NCBI RefSeq assembly: GCF_006345805.1
Contig: NW_021835283.1
Span: 1 to 41,286, forward strand
Reading direction: 5' to 3'
Source: Octopus sinensis
Lineage: Eukaryota
DNA: 41,286 bases
In this document: positions 10,500 through 22,929 of the stretch, piece by piece
Numbering within the stretch: position 1 is the first letter of the stretch
Layout of the letters: each line of letters begins with the position of its first letter
Notes under the pieces: model-generated
What the model saw: the letters and a program-made list of their open reading frames with translations, nothing else
The model's database searches: none
Told to the model about the DNA's origin: nothing
Made by a program: the position numbers and the translations under genes

Positions 10500-10738
10500 A
10501 TATCTATTTCTTTACTACCCACAAGGGGCTAAACAAAGAGAGGACAAACAAGAACAGACAAAGGGATTAAGTCAATTACCTCGACCCCAGTGTGTAACTG
10601 GTACTTAATTTATCGACCCCGAAAGGATGAAAGGCAAAGTCGACCTCGGCGGAATTTGAACTCAGAACGTAGCGGCAGACGAAATACCGCTAAGCATTTT
10701 GCCTGGCGGGCTAACGATTCTGCCAGCTCACCGCCCCA
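10500..10738 (-). mobile_element. Near full-length SINE family 'C'
   Basis: Runs from the tail TATTTCTTTACTACCCACAAGGGGC to the head ...CTGCCAGCTCACCGCC. Confidence 0.9.
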
Positions 10739-10813
10739 AACACATATATCAGTGGTTCCAACCCTTTTCTATCGACATTTCTATCAGTTAAGAAACTTCA
10801 GCTTTTTTGTGCT

Positions 10814-12170
10814 AAAATCCAAAGCCATTTACCATTTCTGGAAACATGCAAACTAGAAAACGTTATACCAGATGGTCTTACAGGAAATATACCAATGTGA
10901 GCATCACAGCCTGATGATTTATTGCTTCAAAAGTTTAAACTGATCGGTAAGAGAAATTCATTTAACATAATGGAATCGTTCAAAATTAATATTACTTGGT
11001 GCAGACATTAAGGTGATTTCGAGTGTCCTTGAACAGGTATGTTCTTCTAGAAATCATTTGAACTTTTTGTGTAACTGTTTGATGAACTTTGAAAAAAAGG
11101 AAATTTCGGTTCTGAAGACAAAAAAAAAAAGAAAAGAAACTGAAAAGGCTGAGTTCCCATTCCCCTGAGCCCAGTGGGCAAGGGAACATTTTGGTCAAGA
11201 ACATTTGCTTTGAAATATGAGAAGTCGTTTTTACTTTCAGGACAAGTGTTATGTGATAAACGGATCTTTTCGGTTTGAACGGCAGTTTTTTAAAATAATT
11301 TCCACATAACTAAGCACTTTTAAACTTCATATACTGTTAGAATGTGTTTATAAAACATCTTTTTCTCTTGGCTTTATTGAGAAAATTCTATAGTTTGTAA
11401 GATATTTGTTGTTATTTTTCTTCAATTTCTGCAATTTCAACCAATCAATGACATCTATTGAGGTGAAAACATTCTGTGCCGTATGAATATGTCCCTCATT
11501 TAAGAAACAGATTGGGTTTATTTACATTTGTGAAGAAAAAAGATACCCTTCCCCCCCCCCCTAACCCTAAAACAGATTGAAATGCAATAAATCGATACTA
11601 GGGTCATAATTATGGGTGACAATTTCATATGACACCGTTAGAAAAAACTGCCGTTCAAACCGAAAAGATCCTGATAAACTTATTGACGCCAGGTTGAAAA
11701 TCGTAACAGAAAATTTTCCTGAAACTCCAATACAACCATTTTTTTTTCTCACATGGAATTTCTAACGTACAATGCACACTGTACACTGTTCATTCATCAC
11801 ACCAGGAACAATCATTTTGTTTTGTCGACCAATTTTATCGGAGATGTTTATATTAATGGCAGTTTGAACGTGCCAGTATCGCAGAAACTAATGGCACAAA
11901 ATCAACGTTGTACTCACCACAAACAAACATTATTACTACAATTCAACAAGTTCCTATAATTAATCCCCAAGTTGGCACATATGATTGTAGCCCTTTTGCC
12001 CTGGCGTATGCATTTGAACTGGTCATTGGAAACGCTCCAGGGAAGTTTTTTATTTGATCAGTCAAAACTGCGAGCACATTTTCAATTTTGTCTTGAGAGC
12101 AATAAGTTTGTTCCTTTTCCAAAAAAGAAAAAGTTTCAAATGCCAACAAAAACGAAAGAAGTCACATACT
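10814..12170 (+). pseudogene. Decayed transposon-type ORF: N-terminal segment plus Ulp1/C48-like (clan CE) cysteine protease domain, split by a MITE
   Basis: With the MITE removed the frames read SFLLSGQVLCDKLIDARLKIVTENFPETPIQ, then IHHTRNNHFVLSTNFIGDVYINGSL, then QQVPIINPQVGTYDCSPFALAYAFELVIGNAPG, then FDQSKLRAHFQFCLESNKFVPFPK. This fits the His...Asp-region...QxGxxDC pattern. Stops and frameshifts are present. Confidence 0.7.
11262..11671. mobile_element. 410-bp MITE with 30-bp perfect TIRs and an 8-bp TSD
   Basis: TIR GGATCTTTTCGGTTTGAACGGCAGTTTTTT at 11262-11291, inverted at 11642-11671. TSD TGATAAAC at 11254-11261 and 11672-11679. Confidence 0.93.
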
Positions 12171-12184
12171 TTTTTATTATTATT

Positions 12185-12219
<35 letters not shown>

Positions 12220-12223
12220 TATT

Positions 12224-12650
12224 GAGTGAGAGAGCAGTGCATGCCATCAAAGTGACACTGGGGTAAAATATACGAAGCCCAATATACCCATCATGATAAC
12301 CCGTCTGATAAAGGTACACCGGGCAGCAAACAAAATATGTGCGCGACATGGTGATCTCATATCAAGATAAACAGCACATGACCTTGCAGGTGGGGCCCAG
12401 TTAGAATTTTCTTCAGGTTGAGTAGCCCATCCCGCTCAAAAGGTCCCTGAATAAGGGTTGTTTAAGGATGTTGAACGAAACACCCATGTTTCCAGAGGTG
12501 AATTATTCAAACCCCAAAGAATCCCTCTCAACACATGGCCATGATGCTCCCCCACTACTTCTGCTCGTGATCAGAGATACACATATTGTCAGCCACTAAG
12601 GGACATGCTCAACTGGTTAACACCAAACAAGCAAATCTGTGGTATTGAGC
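12224..12650 (-). mobile_element. Second, 5'-truncated copy of the (TAA)n-embedded element
   Basis: Aligns by eye to 2118-about 2555. Flanked by (ATT)n on both sides. Confidence 0.85.
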
Positions 12651-12681
<31 letters not shown>

Positions 12682-12787
12682 TATTATTATTATTAATTAT
12701 TATTATTATATTATTATTATTAATTATTATTATTATTAATTATTATTATTATTATTATTATTATATTATTATTATTATTATTATTAT

Positions 12788-12824
<37 letters not shown>
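12651..12824. repeat. (ATT)n switching to (AAT)n
   Basis: Direct reading. The AAT part is adjacent to the next SINE. Confidence 0.9.
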
Positions 12825-12825
<1 letters not shown>

Positions 12826-13035
12826 GGCAGCGAGCTGGCAGAATCATTAGCACACCAGACAAAATGCTTAGCATAATTTCATCCGTCTTAACATTCTGAG
12901 TTCAAATGCCACCAAAGTCGACTTTGCCTTTCATCCTTCTGGGGTCAATAGAATAAGAACCGGGGTCAATGTACTTGAACTAAACTTCCTCCACTTCAAA
13001 TGTCAGGCTTTGTGCCAATAGTAGAAATGGTTATT
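12825..13035 (+). mobile_element. SINE family 'C'
   Basis: GGCAGCGAGCTGGCAGAATCATTAGC...GTCGACTTTGCCTTTCATCCTT. Confidence 0.85.
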
Positions 13036-14036
13036 ATTATTATTATTATTATTATTATGCATAATCCAAAGGGCAGTGATGTAAAGGATTTAAATTACTT
13101 TATTAGCCATTTCAAATGAGCCACCTTTCCTGTTTTTATCATATATATATATATATACACACATACATATCAATATATAGATACATACAAACATACATAC
13201 ATTTAGACACACATACGTACATACACACACATACGCAGACATATAAATAAATAAATAAATATTTCCAAATACACCTCAAGCCACCTACAAGAAGTGACCC
13301 TTGAACCCTCCTCCGCCACCTCCCTTCCCTCACCAAGTCACATGTCAAGGAAGCTCGTTACAGGCAGGGGTCACATCCAATGACACAACAGAGGCAAATC
13401 AGGGCTGCAAGTTTACGTGGGGGGAGAGGTGCCACCAACTGAACAGAGAAAGGTGGTAGATTTTAATCAGCCCCAGGAGAGCGTGGAGACTGAACCGAAG
13501 ACCTTGTGGTTAAGAACCAAATGCGAAATTTCTTAAGTACCCAAAGTATTCTATTATTAATACTGAGTGTGTGAAATGTTTTGTTGCAATGTTGAGTCCA
13601 ACAAAAGGTGTTTTGTTTCTGCTACATCCTCCTGGCTTCCCAGACCCTGATCGAACCATCCAACCCATGCTAGCATGGAAAACAGATATTAAACGATGAT
13701 GATGGTGATGATGATGATATATATATATATGAGTGTATGTGCTTATGACAGACGGACAGACAGAGAGAAAACAAGGCCAAAAGAAATCTACAAAGTTGAT
13801 ATGATGAGATATTACATATCATAATTAAAACAACAACATCAACAAAAATACAAGTTAACAATTACAGAAAGGTATATGGAATAGGACTGAAATCAGAAGA
13901 GAAAAAATAATCCCTTGATATGGCACAATATCACGACTGCGTGTGATACCATAAAATATTATAAGGTAAGCATATATGAGTGTGTGTGTGTGGGGGGGCA
14001 TGATATTGTAAATAGTGTGTGATATGTGATGTGGTA

Positions 14037-14248
14037 CAGGGTGCAGGAAAAACAAACCTCCCACATTTAACAGGTTGAGAAGTATTTCAACATATAAATG
14101 CACAGTGCGCAATATTCCTAACCGTGGTGGTAATGAGGAAAAACGGTAAAACATTAGCTACATGAAGATACCATTTTCACCGGCCTAACTTCACTTGTGT
14201 CGTAATTATGGCCATGGGAAAAATGGGAGGTATTTCTGCCGCACCCTG
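14037..14248. mobile_element. 212-bp Tc1/mariner-type MITE
   Basis: TA|CAGGGTGCAGGAAAAACAAACCTCCCA ... TGGGAGGTATTTCTGCCGCACCCTG|TA. Confidence 0.8.
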
Positions 14249-14254
14249 TAGAAT

Positions 14255-14700
14255 ATCATATAGTTGTGTATGTGATATAGCACAACACTGTAAGGGTGTG
14301 TGTGATATGGTACAATATTGTATGATGTGTGTGTGTGATATGGTACCACATTGTATGATTGGTACAATATTGTATGATGTGTGTGTGTGATATGGTACCA
14401 CATTGTATGATTGGTACAATATTATATAGCTGTGTGTGTGATATGATACAGTATTGTATGGTATGTGTGATATGGGAAACATCAGGTATTATGCATGGCA
14501 TGATATCATAAGCTGTGTGTGTGTGATATGATACACAACATCATATGCTTTCTGTGAGAGACATAGTACAATATCAAATGATTCTGTGTGTGTGTGTGTG
14601 TGATATTACACAATAACAGATGATGTGTGTGAGGTGATATGTGTGTGTCTGATATGTGTGTGATATGGAATGATATCGTATAGTGTATGTGTGCAGTGTG
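14255..14700. repeat. Degenerate GTGTGTGATATGGTAC-type repeat including a 52-bp tandem duplication
   Basis: TGGTACCACATTGTATGATTGGTACAATA at 14341 and 14393. Confidence 0.7.
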
Positions 14701-14972
14701 CCAGTGAAAGGGACAGAAAGACTGACAGCATGTTATTATATGTTATACATATAATGGAAGGTGGGGTTGGGGGTGTCGATTACACTGAACCCCAGTGGGG
14801 GCTTATTTTATTGAACCCAGAAAGGGTGAAAGGCAAAGTCGACTTCGGTGGAATTTCAAGTCGGGACACAAAGGGTCAGGAAAAATGCCACGGGGCATTT
14901 TGCCCAGCATGCTAACGATTCCACAGGGTCGTCGTGTTGATGACAGGAAAGATCAAAACAAATAATAAAATA

Positions 14973-15004
<32 letters not shown>

Positions 15005-16304
15005 GGTGGTGGTGGAGGTGGTGGTGGTGGTGGTGGTGGCGGCGTTCAGGATGTCTCACATTGCCAGTAAGGGAATAGGGTTGGGGAGTTCGCGCAAATA
15101 TTCCAAGGCGCGTGGCAGGGAGGGGTGGAGTAAATCGAAATAAATAAACAAACATAACATGACACTTGAAGGGTTCGAGGGTCCGAAATCTTATTGCTCG
15201 ACATAGACTGTAAAAGGAGAGGTGGTCCTGGAAGGATTTGAAATCAGAATATCAAAAACAAAAAAAGACAGCCCATCCAATACTCGAAAACTGGAAGACA
15301 CCGAGTACAGCACACTTCATTAATTCTACCATTCTACCATTCCTTTGACAACAACTTGACCAATCAGCTGATGGTCAAATCCATTTCATACATCATATAT
15401 ATGTATGTTTGTGTGTATGTGTATATATATACATCAGGTGTGTATGTGGTAGGGGTGCACTGAACACCCATTGAAAATGGCAAATTCATTACAAATATTA
15501 ATTTCACTCATTAATTTAATCACAAATGTTAATGGAAAGCTTTTGTTTTACACCTGCTTGAAATTTGGTGGCACTGGGTGTGGTAGCAGGTATGTATGTA
15601 TATATATATATATATATATTAACAGCTTCTGACTTGAACGGATCCCCTTGGACAAGGGAGACTATTGACCCAACAGACACTCATACACACACACACACAT
15701 ATGTGGAGAGAGGGGGAGAGAGAGAGAAAGGGAGAGAAGTATACATGTATACACTTAAACGGATATATATATATATACAGATATATATGTGTATATATAT
15801 ATATATATATATGTGTATATATATATTCTGAGAGGTTCAAAAAGAAAAAAAAATATTGTAAATATTGTCATGAACTTTGCTCTGTATATATTGCTGATTT
15901 CATCAATTTCTGTGGCCATACTGGGGCATTTCATATATATATATCATCATTATCATCATCATCATCGTTTAACATCCATTCTCCATGCTAAATGATGATG
16001 ATGATGATGATGATATATATATATATATATAATTCTATTGAAATACACATTAATGTATGCATATGCACAATGATGTATATACAAATATATATATATTTAA
16101 ATATATATATGTGTGTGTGAGTGTACACATTTAAAATGTGTGTTTTAATCAATGTTTTTTGTTTGCTTTCTTTTCGTTTTTTGGGGTGTTTTTTTTGGGC
16201 ATCAATTCATTGTGATTCCACTCTATTTGGTAAAAAAAAATGGAAATATAAGAATCAGTACCAGTGGCAGGATTTGATCCTGGTTCTGTGAGTTTTCTGA
16301 AAAA

Positions 16305-16373
<69 letters not shown>

Positions 16374-16613
16374 TCATGCATAGGTGTTCAAACATATACA
16401 CACCATTCGTTTTACAGTCATCATTATGTCTCAGCTTAAAAGGAAATGAAAGAAAACAGCACCTTGTAGTAGCAAGACCAATACCACACACACACACCAC
16501 ACACACACACACACACATAGCATATGTAAACCCTTTCTAATAGTATATTAAACACCCACAGCACACACACGTGTGCATATAAACACAGCATACACATGGA
16601 TATATATTTAGCA

Positions 16614-16680
<67 letters not shown>

Positions 16681-18035
16681 ATGTGCATGTGTGTATGAGA
16701 ATATAGATATTCAGGTATAAAAAGTTTTTTTTTTGAGTCAGTGGTGTGTGTGTGTGTATTATCACACAAAGGGAGACTACTGGTGGCACAAATTTATTAT
16801 TCTCTCCCTTGCAATGTCCATTACAAATTATTAACAGCCGCGTTTTGGTTGAATAAAAGATAACAGCACCAATTAATTCTCAAAACACTGTGGTTTTTAA
16901 GACACGTTTCACCATGAAAATTGAAGTTTGCTGATGTACATTTTAAAATGTATCATGTATGCGTGCATTGTGTGTGTGTGTGTGTGCATTTGTGTACGCG
17001 TGTGTGTGTGTGTTTGTCTGTGTGTGTAATGTGTGTGCATGTGCATAGTATAATAATATTAATATAAATATCTTGCAAACACACATGAACACACAACTGG
17101 CAGAAAGTGACCGACGCCCCTCCTTCCCCCAATTTTTTTTTTTAAATAGTTTAATCAGTAGAGAAGACCACTTACGCAGCGGTCAGCCATAAACAAATCT
17201 GCTGCCACTGCTACTCCTGCTGCTCTTGCAGTAGCAGTAGCAGTAGTAGTAGTAGTAGTAGTAGTAGTAATAGTAGCAGTAGTTTTGCCATGTGTCACTT
17301 TCTGCCATATTTTACAGTGGAAGACTCAAAGTTCTCCTCCCCTTCCCCCTCCTCCCCGTCATCCTGCCACCCCGCCCCGCATCCGATCCACCCTTGCCTC
17401 AACTCAAGGCAAACCCTCCTTATCCTCCTCCTCCTGCTCCCCTCTCTAACAGGTTCCGCCCCCACAAAAGACTGCATGCTTTTATATATATATATATTTT
17501 TTTTTTGTTTTTGATCCCTCTGCCTCCACCTGCCAAACCCTACACCGCACTAGACCACACCAACACTACAACCCCAACACTTTTGTCACAGCAGGTTCTT
17601 ATTAACCCACCCCTATCCACCCTCTGTCATAGCAGTTAGTTCCCCTCTCTCTCACTCCCCCCACTCCATCTCACTCTCACTCCCCTCCTCTCTCTCTCTC
17701 TCATACACAGTTCTTTTCTTTCTCTTTCAGAGATTCCTTTCTTTGCCCTTCTGTCTCCCACCACCACCACCACATCTTTCCTTCCCCCTACAATCTCTCG
17801 CGTTTGCCCTCTCTCTCTCTCCTCACCCCCACCCCCAGCCACCCAAACCCCCTCCAACAGTTTTCATACAAAATACAATGTGTGTCCACATCCTGCATGT
17901 GTGCATGTGAGCGCGCACAAGTGTGCAGATGCACCAAATGCATGTGGGTGTGGGTGTGTTTAATGTGGGTGAATGCAAGTGAGTGCGCATACGCAGGTGT
18001 GCATATGCCAGTGAGTCCGCTGCCTCTGGCTGCAG

Positions 18036-18482
18036 TCAAACAATTTGACAGCCGCATTTTGTACAAGAGTCTGACAAATCATCGTCCCCAACGATTCCAC
18101 CCTTGCCTTGCCCTATATCCTGGGCGGCACGGATTAATTTGTGTTTCACTGTCTGTATCCCCGTCTGATTGAGGGCCGAACACTCGACATAGCAGTGAGC
18201 ACCCAGACGGTCGGCCATCTTCACGCCCTCGGCTGACGACACGACGGGTTTGAGAGGGTTGTTGTTGCTTCCGTTGACGCCACCTCCTGTGGTGACTCCT
18301 GACTGTCGGAGGTCAGTCTGCGTGCCGACCAGCAAGAACGGTGTGTTGGGAAGGTAGCGTCGGATCTCGGGTAACCAAATGTCTGAAACATGCTTGTAGC
18401 TCTCTCGCTTGACCACAGAGAAACAGACGGCGAACACATCGCATTTCATGTAGGACATGGTCCGCAGACGTATGTATTCATC
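18036..18482 (-). CDS. Terminal coding exon of a divergent Cdc42-like Rho-family GTPase
   Basis: Acceptor TTTCCTTTCTCCTCTCATTCCAG|GAT. Translation DEYIRLRTMSY...FAVCFSVV...WLPEIRRYLPNTPFLLVGTQTDLR (G4)...YVECSAL (G5)...CTKCGCQIV* (CaaX). Confidence 0.95.
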   Translation of the reverse strand, partial: DEYIRLRTMSYMKCDVFAVCFSVVKRESYKHVSDIWLPEIRRYLPNTPFLLVGTQTDLRQSGVTTGGGVNGSNNNPLKPVVSSAEGVKMADRLGAHCYVECSALNQTGIQTVKHKLIRAAQDIGQGKGGIVGDDDLSDSCTKCGCQIV

Positions 18483-19073
18483 CTGGAATGAGAGGAGAAA
18501 GGAAAACAATCAAGTGTGAGTATGAGTGGAAGTCAATTTGAGTGAGAGGTTATAAGTGAGTATGAATGAAAGAATAAGAGTATAGGTGTGTGAGATCGGA
18601 GAGGAGTAATAATAATTCCACCAGGAATTGAACTCATGATCTAACAATTGTGAGCTGAGTATTCTAACCACAAAGCTAACTGCTTTCACAAATAAATATG
18701 ATATACCAAGAATAAAGAAAGTGGAAGCACAATGGCCCAGTGGTTAGGGTAGCGGACTCGCGGTTTCGATTCCCAGACTGGGCATTGTGTGTGCCATGCA
18801 GTGGGTCTGAACCCAGAACCATGTGGTTGGAAAGCAAGCCTCTTACCGCACAGCCACACCTAAGCCTACATATATATATAATATAATATATAATTAGAGA
18901 AAAACCACTATATGTAATTCAGACAATAACAGACTTAAATCATAGCATATAGAAAAAATAAAATATATGATAATATATATATATATATATATAATATATC
19001 TATATATATATATATATACATATATATATAATATATAACATATATATATATATACACACGCACACACATATAT

Positions 19074-19121
<48 letters not shown>

Positions 19122-19122
19122 G

Positions 19123-19382
19123 TTGGAGGTTGCAATGGCCTAGTGGTTAGGGCAGCGGACTCGCGGTTTCGCAGGATCGTGGTTTCGAATTCCCAGACCG
19201 GGTGTGTGTGGTTTATTGAGCGAAAACACCTAAAAGCTCCACGAGGCTCCGGCAGGGGGGGGGGTGATCCCTGCTGTACTCTTTCTCCCACTCTTTCTTC
19301 TGTTGGCCTGCTCACTTAGCCAGCGGGGTGGCGTCATTCGATGTGTAACAACATCTGATGGTCTGGTCGGTCACGTGATCAT
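19123..19382 (+). mobile_element. tRNA-head SINE family 'A'
   Basis: GGAGGTTGCAATGGCCTAGTGGTTAGGGCAGCGGACTCGCGG...GGTTTCGAATTCCCAGACC head. Inverted copy at 22598-22899. Confidence 0.88.
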
Positions 19383-19399
19383 GTGATATATATATATAT

Positions 19400-19690
19400 C
19401 ATCATCATCATCACCGCTGTCCATGCTAGCATGGGTTGGACGGTTCAACTGGGATCTGGGAAGCCAGTAGGCTGCGCCAGGCCCAGTCTGATCTGGCAAT
19501 GTTTCTACGGCTGGATGCCCTTCCTAATGCCAACCACTCCGTGAGTGTAGTGGGTGCTTTTTACGTGCCACCGGCACAGGTGCCAGACGAGGCTGGCAAA
19601 CGGCCACAATCGGATGGTGCCTTTTACGTGCCACCGGCACGGGGTCCAGGCGAGGCTGGCAACGGCCACGATCGGATGGTGCTTTTTACA
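19400..19690 (-). mobile_element. SINE family 'M' with two internal repeat units
   Basis: Same body as 5645-5900. GTGCCACCGGCAC occurs twice. Confidence 0.88.
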
Positions 19691-19722
19691 CACATATAAA
19701 ATAATTAGACCCAATTCAAAAC

Positions 19723-19754
<32 letters not shown>

Positions 19755-19804
19755 TAAAAAAACTACCCAAGATGAAAGTCAAGGAAGGAATTGACAAAAC
19801 TTAC

Positions 19805-19863
19805 CTGTCCAGGTGTATCAAATAGACTGAGCACATAAGGTTCATTCTGGACAATAACGGTAA
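19805..19863 (-). CDS. Internal 59-nt coding exon of the same Rho GTPase
   Basis: CTTCTTTCTTCCAG|TT ACC GTT...GGA CAG|GTAAGT. Encodes xTVIVQNEPYVLSLFDTPGQ (compare Cdc42 [20 protein letters not shown]) and splices in phase 0 to 18482. Confidence 0.92.
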
Positions 19864-20639
19864 CTGGAAGAAAGAAGAAGAAGAAGAAAGATTAGTGATT
19901 GTGGGACACTGTGAGGGATTGTGGTACACCACTGTATTCATTACTGCTTCTTGTTGTTGCTGTTGTTGTTGTTGTTAGCATTTCTGTTTTTGCTGTTGTT
20001 ATTGTTGTTGTTGCTGTCACAATTTACTGTCAACAACAACAGCAACAGAAATAAAAGAACAATACAAACAGCAACAACAACATTTATTAAACAAAGTTTA
20101 TGACCCTCTCTCTCTCTCTCCCTCCATCTCTCTGCCTCTCCTTCCCTCCCTTCACCTCTTCTCCTCTCTCTCTCTCTCTCTCATTAATTGGGCAAATATC
20201 TTCATTAAAGCCGTTCTCACACTCAACAGCCTCTTAGCTACAAATAAACTCCACCTCCACTCCACAAAACACTCCAGTCCACTGCACTCCACTCACCGAC
20301 CCGGCCACCCCCACCCCCGACCCACCCTTAATAATGGGTGGGGTGCAGAGAGGAATGTGCACAGAATGTCACATGACTGTTGCTTGCTCAATCAGGTGAT
20401 GTAAGGGCGGGGGGGGGTAGGGTGAGGGGAGGTCGAGGGGAGTGGGAAGGGGGTTGCAAGGGTGGGGTGTTGTGAGCCTTGTCATAGATACGGGTGGGAC
20501 AGGGGTAACAGGGGGTGAAGCAGCTTGGAAGTGAAAGGGAAGGATGGGGGCATGTTGAGGGGAAAGGTGGGGGGGTACCATTCAACAGAATGTTTAATTT
20601 CTTCTACGCACAGTCAATGTTGTGTGTGAGAGACTCAAA

Positions 20640-20726
20640 TTATGCATATATATTATGAGGGAGAGAAAGATATATATATATATATACACACATACACACA
20701 TATATTATATGCACACACACATACAC

Positions 20727-20761
<35 letters not shown>

Positions 20762-21215
20762 AACATATACACATATATATATATATTTATATACATGTGC
20801 ACATATATATATATCTTTATATACATATATATATATATATACACATATATACACATAAATATATACATTTATATCCATATACAGACACACACAATCATAT
20901 ATATATGTATATTACATATTTGTGTGTGTGCATATATGTATATATATATATGGATATAAATATATGTATGTGTATAAAGATATATATGTGTGTATATATA
21001 AAGATATATATAGATATATATACATGTATATAAATATATATATGTATATATATACACATACACATGTATACATATATATATACACACACATATATAATAA
21101 ATAAATATAATTACATAAATATATATGTACATATATTCCCCTTTTTACATATGTATACACACATATACATACACACACATATGTCTATGTACACATGCAT
21201 ACTTAGATATATATC
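20640..21215. repeat. (TA)n/(CA)n low-complexity tract
   Basis: Direct reading. Confidence 0.95.
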
Positions 21216-21794
21216 CACCCACACACCCACCAACCGACTCTCTTCCTGTCAGATGCAGAAAACAGACACCCCACAACCCCAAAACATAACCAAATAAACT
21301 CACCACCACCAGCCCAACAGCCACCCCACTCCCACCCCACCAGCCCCACCCACCGCCCTAACCTAGACACCCCCTCCTCCCACCTCTCACCGTCAGGTGC
21401 AAAACCCTCATTGCTGACTCCATCAACTTCGACACCCCCCACCCGGGAGGAGATGATACGATGTAATGTTGGAAGGTGGAGGGGCCACCCCACCCTGATA
21501 CTGAAGGGAGAAAGACGCCAGGAAAAAGGGGGAAGAGAGGGGAGATTGAGAGACGGGGTGGGGGCGGGGGTGGAGTACATATGTTTTCTGTAAGATGAGG
21601 ATCGTGGGAACCTCAACCTGCTCGTTACAGGTAAGTAACACAAGGAAGAAAGGTCTTCTGAGTAGCTATGAGGCAGGAGGGGAGGGGGGATCTGCTCGGG
21701 GAGGGGGGCTGCTTGGCGCTGCTCGTGTGTCGGGGTTTGAGTTAGGGATTAATTAATGGCACAGCAATTGATGGATTTAATTGAGGGCAGTCAG

Positions 21795-22125
21795 AGTATC
21801 ATCATCATTATCATCATCATCACCATCAATATCTTTGCATTCAATATCATTATCATCATCATCACCATCAATATCTCTGCCTTCATCATCATTATCACCA
21901 TCATCACCATCATGTTTGTCATCATCATCATCATCACCATCAATATCTTTGCATTCATCATCATTATCATCATCATCACCATCATCTTTGTCATCATCAT
22001 CATCATCATCATCCTCACCATCAATATCTTTGCCATCAGCATCATCATCATTGCTATCATTATCATCATTATCACCATCATCATCATGACACTGCTGTCA
22101 CCACCTCACCATTGTCGTCATCATA
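21795..22125. repeat. (ATC)n tract punctuated by recurring CACCATCAATATCT(T/C)TGC
   Basis: Motif at about 21821, 21864, 21935 and 22017. Confidence 0.85.
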
Positions 22126-22597
22126 AGCATCGTCACCGTTTAACATCTGGCAGCTTCCATGCTGGTTTCGATGGCATCATTTGACAGGATCTGCCGGGGC
22201 CAGAACACAGCACCAAACAGTGATGTCTGCCATGGTTTCTACAGCTGGAGACTCCTCCAGACGCCAACCAATCTACAGAGTGTGCTGGGTGCCTTCTATA
22301 TAGCACCAACAACAAGTGAGGACTGCTTTGTAACTGACAAGGCTAAGGTCCTAAAGTGAACCCTATAACTGAGGGAGGATAAAAGAAAGAGTGGATAGCT
22401 GTTCTGGCCAGAGGGACAAGAGAATGGTAAAAGAGAAGGATTGGGGAGCATGGCAAGGAAGAGGGGGGAAGAAAGGGATTAGGTCATTGAGAGAAAAAAA
22501 GGAAAGACAGAACTGAAGAAAGGTGATAGGGAAGCTTGTGTATTAGGGGGTCTAAGGCTATCCAATATTATAGGTATATGATGCATATATATATTTC

Positions 22598-22899
22598 TAC
22601 CGTGACCGACCAGGCTATCAGATGTTGCTACACATCGCTGGTCACAATGCGCTTCGCATTGTTTTAGCCTTCAAATGACGCCACCCCGCTGGCTAAGCGA
22701 GCAGGCCAACAGAAGAAAGAGTGAGAGGAAGTTGTGGCGAAAGAGTACAGCAGGGACCGCCGCCACCCCCTGCCGGAGCCTTGTGGAGCTTTAGGTGTTT
22801 TCGCTCAATAAACATTCACAACGCCCGGTCTGGGAATTGAAACCACGATCCTACAACCGCGAGTCCGCTGCCCTAGCCACTGGGCCATTGCGCCTCCAC
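22598..22899 (-). mobile_element. Full-length SINE family 'A'
   Basis: Minus-strand head GTGGAGGCGCAATGGCCCAGTGGCTAGGGCAGCGGACTCGCGG. Inserted in a TA-rich tract. Confidence 0.9.
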
Positions 22900-22929
22900 G
22901 CATATATATATATATTATCATAAGAGATA

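Noticed and set aside
11559-11570. Telomeric repeat
   Set aside because: Only two CCCTAA units, internal to a MITE.
18720-18790. tRNA gene (also 19123, 22830-22899, 34962)
   Set aside because: These are A/B-box-containing SINE heads with no complete cloverleaf, and they continue into SINE bodies.
21385-21460. Minus-strand donor CG|GTGAGA as the upstream Rho exon
   Set aside because: The phase fits in one frame, but the peptide (VEVDGVSNEGFAPD) has no Rho G1/G2 similarity.
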